Below, piece by piece: positions 26,532 through 31,779 of a DNA stretch of 31,779 bases. Below the pieces are notes generated by a model. It did not search any database, was not told the DNA's origin, and saw only the letters and a list, made by a program, of their open reading frames with translations. This DNA is from a virus (Duplodnaviria; Caudoviricetes): positions 1 through 31,779 of IMG/VR virus record IMGVR_UViG_3300037501_000232. One strand, 5' to 3'. The translations under genes were made by a program, and so were the position numbers. Every line of letters begins with the position of its first letter. Within the stretch, counting starts at the first letter, position 1.

Positions 26532-27082
26532 CCGCCCGACCTCCGCGTCTTGACCTCGATGACGTCGAAGGGCGGCGCAACGCCCGCATTGTTCTCCGCT
26601 GACACCTTCAGTGCCTCGAGCAATCGTTCACGAGGTTTGCCCTTCGTCGCCCGCAGCGAGCCCAAGGCGGGCTCGGCGCCGCTGCCCACCGCGGCAAACT
26701 CGACGCTGGCCTCGACGAGCTGGAAATTGCCCTGGACCTCGAACAGCCTGCCGCGGAAGCCGACCAGCAGCGCACCGTGGAAGTAATGCTGGCCATTGTG
26801 CTCCTCGGTGCACTCGAGCTTCTTCAGCCCCTCACGCACCGCCGGGATCACCTGCGCCACGAGGAACGCCTTCGGATCCTCGCCTGAGTACGGCGGCATC
26901 TCGATTGCATGCTGGATGGCGTCCATGACCTTGGGCAGGCCGCAGACGCCGAAGCCGATGTGTCCCTTCTCAAAGACCTTGGGCTCCTTGATCAGCGTCC
27001 TGTTGAGGCCTCCGTCCGTCGCCGCCCGGTCGCCGCCGAGCCATACGGACTTGCCTTGTACCAGACCTACGATGCACGTCAT
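26528..27082 (-). CDS. Ntn-hydrolase, HslV/proteasome beta-like protease (copy 1)
   Basis: True start ATG 27082 after AAGGAG; M-T-CIVG, GGDR, KVF, GVCG, AVGSGA..ALGSL. Confidence 0.8.
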   Translation of the reverse strand: MTCIVGLVQGKSVWLGGDRAATDGGLNRTLIKEPKVFEKGHIGFGVCGLPKVMDAIQHAIEMPPYSGEDPKAFLVAQVIPAVREGLKKLECTEEHNGQHYFHGALLVGFRGRLFEVQGNFQLVEASVEFAAVGSGAEPALGSLRATKGKPRERLLEALKVSAENNAGVAPPFDVIEVKTRRSGG

Positions 27083-27086
27083 CTGA

Positions 27087-27646
27087 TCACTCCTTGTTCC
27101 GACTGTACGACGACACCAGACACAGTTCACGGTGCCGACAATTTTGAAAGTGGTAACGAAGCATGGTCGGTCCCCTGCCTACCCTAAGGCAGTAAGGACA
27201 CGTCACATCATGATGGTATCGCTCTCGATTTGTCGCTCGATTTCGAGCCGAAAGGTCAGGGCGACGACGGCCTCGATTTGCGTCTCCGATCTTGCGCCTA
27301 GTCGCGTCTGCCTGCGGGATGCCACACCTGGAACCTCGTGCGCCGCCTCGTGCAATGTTCCAACCGATCCTTGGCTCAGATCTCAATACGAACTCATACA
27401 AGTAGCATGAGTTCAGGTGATCCTCAAGCAAGAACGTGACCTGAAATTGTCGTCCCGCAAAGCGCTTGAACCGACGGTGCTCATTGAGCCGGTGTGGCAA
27501 TCGGTACTTGAACGCGACACCGACGTAGCCATCTTGCCTTGGCTGAGTGCACGTTTCATCATGCAACCAATAGACGACAGCGGACCGATGATCACCCCTG
27601 GTCGGGAGAACCTGCGCGAGCAGATGCTCTTGATTTGAGACTTCAC
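27087..27646 (-). mobile_element. GIY-YIG-like homing endonuclease, start uncertain, possibly frameshifted
   Basis: VVYWLH...DGYVGV..RLNEH, GWNIARGG, TRRKIGDANRG, TCPYC..YHFQNC; the coupled GTG at 27646 is in a different frame. Confidence 0.7.
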
Positions 27647-28302
27647 GCCACAAGGTTCCAGTGCCTCTCATAGACGTGAAGAGAACCAGCGTGCCAGATC
27701 ATGGGACCGACCGCGACGTTCAAGTCAGACGCCAACTGCATATGCACGTGGTCCTGCCAGGCCTTGTCGTTCTTGTAGCCGAAGACCACGTCGTTTGATC
27801 GCATACGAACATCGGCAATGAGCTCTCCGTCGCGAATGAAGTACTGGACGGCGTCGGTGCAGATGAAGTCACTCATCCCATCACGATTGTACTCCTTCCA
27901 GATTGAAGGGCGGGTGTACACCATCTCAGCGCGGCGGCTTTCGGGAGCGCGCTCGAGCTCAGCCAGGACGTGATCGTATTGGTTGTGATTTTCCTCACTC
28001 CAGACGAGGTAACCGTAGTTGGAATTGATCGTCCCGTCCTTCGTGGCGCAGGCCTTCCACGCTGCAGGCGCGCCTCCCCGGATGTCATTCACATTCCGTG
28101 ACATCGAGCGGTACCATTCGATCTCACGCTCGACGTAGTCCCGATTGACTGTTCCGAAAATGAATGTTTCATCAGCGATGAACGTCGCGCCGATCACCTC
28201 GATCATCTTGCAACCGGTCTTGTCGGCCACGTGTTCTCGGCGCTCCTTGAGGTCCCTGAACCAAGCACGGACATCCGAGACGCGGTGTTGGATGTGAATC
28301 AT
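27643..28302 (-). CDS. 42: dCMP hydroxymethylase (T4 gp42-like, thymidylate synthase fold)
   Basis: DKTG, EIEWY, INSNYG, SRRA..YTRPS, DGMSDFICT, MRSNDVVFGYKND, GSLHVYERH follow T4 gp42 as I recall it, including the cytosine-specifying Asp. Confidence 0.85.
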   Translation of the reverse strand: MIHIQHRVSDVRAWFRDLKERREHVADKTGCKMIEVIGATFIADETFIFGTVNRDYVEREIEWYRSMSRNVNDIRGGAPAAWKACATKDGTINSNYGYLVWSEENHNQYDHVLAELERAPESRRAEMVYTRPSIWKEYNRDGMSDFICTDAVQYFIRDGELIADVRMRSNDVVFGYKNDKAWQDHVHMQLASDLNVAVGPMIWHAGSLHVYERHWNLVA

Positions 28303-28463
28303 GTGTTAAGCCTTTTCTTCCAGTCGTTGCCCTTTGCGACCTCGCTCGGCTCCTTACCTGTCGCCATCGTCTCTTCCTTGATGGCTCGGATCTCATCAAC
28401 AGTCTTGCCGATCTGCCACTCGCATCCCGGCGGAGGCAACGCTCCGAACGTTCGTCGTGTCAT
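28299..28463 (-). CDS. hypothetical protein (54 aa, below the ORF-track cutoff)
   Basis: GAGGAG RBS, MTRRTFGALPPPGCEW...KKRLNT, ATGA-coupled to the gp42-like gene. Confidence 0.55.
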   Translation of the reverse strand: MTRRTFGALPPPGCEWQIGKTVDEIRAIKEETMATGKEPSEVAKGNDWKKRLNT

Positions 28464-28474
28464 CAATCGTCTCC

Positions 28475-29425
28475 TCATGTCTTCAGCGCTAGCGTCAGGA
28501 ACTCAGGCGTCTGCTCGGCCCAGGCGATGGTCCGGTCGAGGCCCTCCCAGAACCGTACCAACGGCACGTAGCCGAGTTCATCCCGGGCCCTACTGACGTC
28601 GGCCTGGGTGTGCATCACGTCTCCAGGTCGCCACGGAGCGTCGACCTTCGTCGCCTGCGGGTAGCGCTGCATCAGGTGGTCCAGGATCTCATTGTTGGTG
28701 GTGCGATCGCCACACGCCACGTTGTAGCACCGCCCGCGCAGCCTGTCGGGCACCAGCGATGCCTTGACACACGCGTCGACAACGTTGTCGACGTAGCACA
28801 TGTCCCGTGACTGCGTGCCGTCGCCGTCGGACCGCATGGGCCTGCCCTTCATGATCGCCGTCAGCCATGCCGACACCGCCGTCGAGTACGGGGTGTCACC
28901 CAATTGGTTGGGACCGAAGACGTTGAAGAACCTCAGGCACGCCGAGTCCAGGCCGTACAGGTCGGAGAACATCTGCAGGTAGTCCTCGATGTGGGCCTTC
29001 TGGAGCGCGTAGGGCGACTTGGGATTTCGAGGCGTCGACTCGTGGGTCGGCAGGTGCTCGGCACCACCGTACACTGAGCTCGACGAGGCGAAGACGACGC
29101 GGTTGCAGTTGCCGCGCGCCGCGGCGATCAACTTGACCGATCGGCAGGAGTTGACGAGCTGAGTCTCGAACGGATGTTCGACTGAGTAGCTGACCCTGGG
29201 TACCGCGGCGATGTGAAAGATGGTGTCGTAGCTGCCGTGCTCGACTCGCCTCAACGAGGCGTCGCAGGCAAAGTCCTCGACGTGGACCCGCTGGCCCTTG
29301 GGCACGAATTCCAGGTGACCGTTGCTCAGGTCGTCGACGACATCGACCTTCCACCCCTCGTCGAGGCAGCGCCTGACCAGGTTCGAACCGATGAAGCCGC
29401 ACCCACCAGTCACCAGGATTCTCAC
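28475..29425 (-). CDS. NAD-dependent NDP-sugar epimerase/dehydratase (GalE/WbpP-like extended SDR)
   Basis: TGGCGFIGS, ASSSSVYG, PYALQK, LRFFNVFGP, GDGTQSRD, RPGDV. Confidence 0.93.
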   Translation of the reverse strand: MRILVTGGCGFIGSNLVRRCLDEGWKVDVVDDLSNGHLEFVPKGQRVHVEDFACDASLRRVEHGSYDTIFHIAAVPRVSYSVEHPFETQLVNSCRSVKLIAAARGNCNRVVFASSSSVYGGAEHLPTHESTPRNPKSPYALQKAHIEDYLQMFSDLYGLDSACLRFFNVFGPNQLGDTPYSTAVSAWLTAIMKGRPMRSDGDGTQSRDMCYVDNVVDACVKASLVPDRLRGRCYNVACGDRTTNNEILDHLMQRYPQATKVDAPWRPGDVMHTQADVSRARDELGYVPLVRFWEGLDRTIAWAEQTPEFLTLALKT

Positions 29426-30264
29426 AATGATCTCCTTAGCTTGGCAATCGATGCCCCAAAATGAGCGCGAACCATAGCTTCAAGCTCCTCAAACCCAAGG
29501 TACCTTGCCTCATAACCGTGTTCACGACAGTACGTTTGTAGTGCGTCCATCTTGGCCTCGAGCTTCTTCGGGTCCTCATATCCCTTGATCTCCTCGATCA
29601 TAGTCTTCGTCAAGGTGTGAATCTGAAAATCAGGAACATAGTGACGAATGCCATTCCATTCGTATTTGATCCGAATGTCGTGCGCCTTCGTCCAGAACGT
29701 GACGGAGTCATCAGCATCTAGCATCTGCATGCGAAGCTGCTCAAAGAACGAATCATATCGCTCGATCTTACCTGTCTTGGTCGACATATAGGTTCCTTTT
29801 CTGCCTCTTGACCCACAAGACAGGCACCCGCTGATGATTGCAGCAGTACGATTTTGTGACATTCTTTGTCGCGTCTTGATAGTGTGACGTCGACCGAAGA
29901 ATGGATTGCATTCACCAGTAATGTCACGACTAAATCGTTGTTTGCGTTCTTCATCAGTCATCGCACTTAACGCTTGAGCAATGCCTTCTGAAATGCGTTT
30001 CCTGATGTCATCACTGTGCTTACATCCGAAGTAGTGATTACCCTCACCACGCATGCGCTCTGATGTTTCTCTCTTCCACGCTTCTGAACGTATGCGACCA
30101 ATGTTCATGCACTTTCGACTACATGAATCTCGTGTCGCTCGACGACACTTCATGGGACGGTCATATTCACGTCCACACGAGTCACACTTGAAGTGACCGT
30201 AACGGGTCGTAGTTCGACGAACTCGTCCAGTCTCCTGATCGTATTCTCGTAACAGCACGATCAC
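29422..30264 (-). mobile_element. putative homing endonuclease: Zn finger, NUMOD3, TnsA-like PD-(D/E)XK domain
   Basis: CDSC..CSRKC, GNHYFGCKHS/NPFFGRRHT, YDSFFE...HYVPDF...EEIKG; low GC. Confidence 0.8.
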
Positions 30265-30267
30265 TAA

Positions 30268-30300
30268 CTATCCCGCGCCGCCGGTGATCAGCACTCGCAT
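30268..30300 (-). pseudogene. stranded original 5' end of the epimerase (MRVLITGGAG*)
   Basis: ATGCGAGTGCTGATCACCGGCGGCGCGGGATAG duplicates the epimerase start MRILVTGGCG; TAG is part of a TAGTTA box at 30265-30270. Confidence 0.85.
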
Positions 30301-30307
30301 GAAGGCG

Positions 30308-30336
30308 ATACTACGCCCTCACGCGTCCAAAGTTCA
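30308..30336 (-). promoter_or_regulatory. sigma70-like promoter TGAACT-N17-TAGTAT
   Basis: -10 box 7 nt before the stub ATG at 30300. Confidence 0.65.
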
Positions 30337-31188
30337 GAAGCCTTCCTCGATGCCGATCCAGACGCGCATTTTGCCGGGTCCCAGGTTCTCGAAGTCAATG
30401 TAGAGTGACTTCTTGATGCCGGTGTCAACATCGCGCACCTTCGCGGTTACACCGGCATCGTCGCCGCCCACGTTGTGTTCCTTGACGTCGACGGCACCCA
30501 TGTCGGTCAGGATCTTTGCGACCTGTTCGGACGCATAGCCCATCATTCCTGCCGTGTCCTTGATCTTCGGGTCAGAGATGTCAAGCGCCGGATTCTTGCT
30601 GGCGTTGCCCTTGACGCCCGCCATCCGCATCGTCACCTTGGTCGTCTTGGACTCCGACTTCATCGCAGCGGCCAATGGCTTCATGATGTCCTCGACGCTG
30701 ACGTCGCCCTTCATCTTCTTGAGGGCGCCCTTGTCGGCCCTCTTTAGCTTGGCGCCGCTGACAATCTTTTGGACCCGTTGGGCCAGGTCGGCGGCATCGA
30801 ACCTCGCGGCCTTGCGACCGGGTTCGTAGTTCCACGCATTCTGGTAGGCGTCAGCCATGTCCATGACGGCATCGTGGACATAGTACGTGTACACGTCCCA
30901 CATCTCGGACTCCTGCTCCTCCGGAGGCAACTTCTTGGCATCACGGTATTCATACTCGAGGTTCTGCCAGGTGCTGCCCAGTGCGCCGGCGACTCCACCG
31001 CCCTCGTAGCCAACGTCTTCGATCTCATCGACCAGGTCCTGCGGACCTCCCGCCTGCTTGACGGCGGCGCCGATGGCCTTGCGAAACTCCTCAAACGTCT
31101 GAGGGGGCTTTCTTGCCGCCGCGTCGGCCTCGTCGAGCGCTTGCTCGATCTCTTCCCTGATCAACTTGCGTAGGCTCTCCTCGTTCAT
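30334..31188 (-). CDS. hypothetical protein, probable virion/internal protein (284 aa)
   Basis: MNEESLRKLIREEIEQALDE leader; GGAG RBS; TAGTTA box upstream. Confidence 0.75.
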   Translation of the reverse strand: MNEESLRKLIREEIEQALDEADAAARKPPQTFEEFRKAIGAAVKQAGGPQDLVDEIEDVGYEGGGVAGALGSTWQNLEYEYRDAKKLPPEEQESEMWDVYTYYVHDAVMDMADAYQNAWNYEPGRKAARFDAADLAQRVQKIVSGAKLKRADKGALKKMKGDVSVEDIMKPLAAAMKSESKTTKVTMRMAGVKGNASKNPALDISDPKIKDTAGMMGYASEQVAKILTDMGAVDVKEHNVGGDDAGVTAKVRDVDTGIKKSLYIDFENLGPGKMRVWIGIEEGF

Positions 31189-31552
31189 CGACGTCTCCCT
31201 GGTGAGTAACTATTCCCTTGGGCGGCGGGAACTTGTAGGAGAGCCCGCAGCGGGTACAGTGGTAGCCCCTGAAGATCCACCCGTAGTACTGGCGGCTGCC
31301 TGGCCCGATGGGGACGAACCTCGAGTCGACGCCGGGACGCAGCCCATGGACGTGCTCGCTCCTGACCAGGCCTCCGCAGGCCACGCAGGTCCCCGTCGGG
31401 GTCTCGGGTGGGGTGTTGCGTTTACGTTCCTCTTCTTCCTGTCGTTCCTTTGCCGCTGCGGCGGCACGCTGCCGCCACGCCTCCTTCTCCTCGGGCGTCA
31501 TCTTCTCGAGCCGTTCAACCAAGCCTTTGAGGGACGACTTCGCCTTCTTCAC
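31091..31552 (-). CDS. zinc-finger hypothetical protein
   Basis: CVAC...CTRC; GTGA-coupled start; 3' end runs ~100 nt into the next gene. Confidence 0.55.
   Translation of the reverse strand: MKKAKSSLKGLVERLEKMTPEEKEAWRQRAAAAAKERQEEEERKRNTPPETPTGTCVACGGLVRSEHVHGLRPGVDSRFVPIGPGSRQYYGWIFRGYHCTRCGLSYKFPPPKGIVTHQGDVDERGEPTQVDQGRDRASARRGRRGGKKAPSDV
31207..31212 (-). promoter_or_regulatory. putative late promoter box TAGTTA
   Basis: Upstream of RBS and ATG 31188. Confidence 0.6.
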
Positions 31553-31779
31553 GGCAGCAGGCCCATCTTCGCCATCGCTGTAGGCGTGGTGGCTTCATAG
31601 GAACAACGATCGCGCACGACGCGTTGCAGGCGCTTCTGCAGGGCAAACAGCGACGGATCGCGACTGCGAACGTTGGTCATCAGCTCGTCGGCCTTGTCGA
31701 CCAGGTCGGAAAAGTCAGGCCGGGCCAGGAAGCCGCCGTACCCGGCCCCTCGTGCCAGGCTAGAATACTCGAAGTTGTC
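31549..31779 (-). CDS. C-terminal end of a gene entering from the right edge (possibly a GT-B glycosyltransferase)
   Basis: Open frame ...GFLARPDFSDLVDKADELM...VVRDRCSYEA...LLP*; the family guess is weak. Confidence 0.45.
   Translation of the reverse strand, partial: DNFEYSSLARGAGYGGFLARPDFSDLVDKADELMTNVRSRDPSLFALQKRLQRVVRDRCSYEATTPTAMAKMGLLP

Noticed and set aside
27643-28302. Ordinary thymidylate synthase ThyA
   Set aside because: Asp at the specificity position and overall motif pattern match T4 gp42 rather than ThyA
29422-30264. Tn7-like transposon suggested by the TnsA-like domain
   Set aside because: No TnsB/TnsC or terminal repeats; NUMOD3 fusion points to a homing endonuclease
29422-30300. 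Group I intron or intein interrupting the epimerase
   Set aside because: The downstream gene has its own complete N-terminus and start, the insert is almost all ORF with no room for a ribozyme core, and there are no intein termini

Overview
A densely coded, GC-rich segment read almost entirely on the minus strand, best interpreted as part of a large (jumbo-type) tailed phage genome. Evidence: many TGATG/ATGA-coupled orphan genes, a T4 gp42-like dCMP hydroxymethylase, thymidine kinase, dCMP deaminase, an HD nucleotidase, a CCA-adding enzyme, a DsbA/GapR-like protein, a probable lysis cassette, and eight lower-GC free-standing homing-type endonuclease genes of four folds. Host-like genes include phosphomannomutase, an NDP-sugar epimerase, Fe/Mn SOD, a nitrilase-family hydrolase, a pterin dehydratase, two tandem Ntn/HslV-like proteases, and an aceB'-'aceA glyoxylate-shunt deletion remnant. 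Three patterns are not visible in the ORF list. (1) There are two promoter classes: a sigma70-like TG(A/C)AC-type -35, 17 bp, TA(G/A)(G/T)AT -10 class, often leaderless, and a probable late TAn(T/G)TA box. (2) A family of genes, mostly behind the late box, shares an 'LRxx(I/V)RE...L.E' helical motif that looks like a capsid-targeting or prohead-protease signal; the family includes a ligase-like/pol-beta polyprotein, a nuclease and a cytidylyltransferase. (3) Endonuclease cassettes appear to carry recoded replacement ends of the genes they invade, most clearly the stranded stub MRVLITGGAG* upstream of the epimerase. All family calls come from motif recognition by eye; no database search was run. 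I saw no tRNA, rRNA or CRISPR array.
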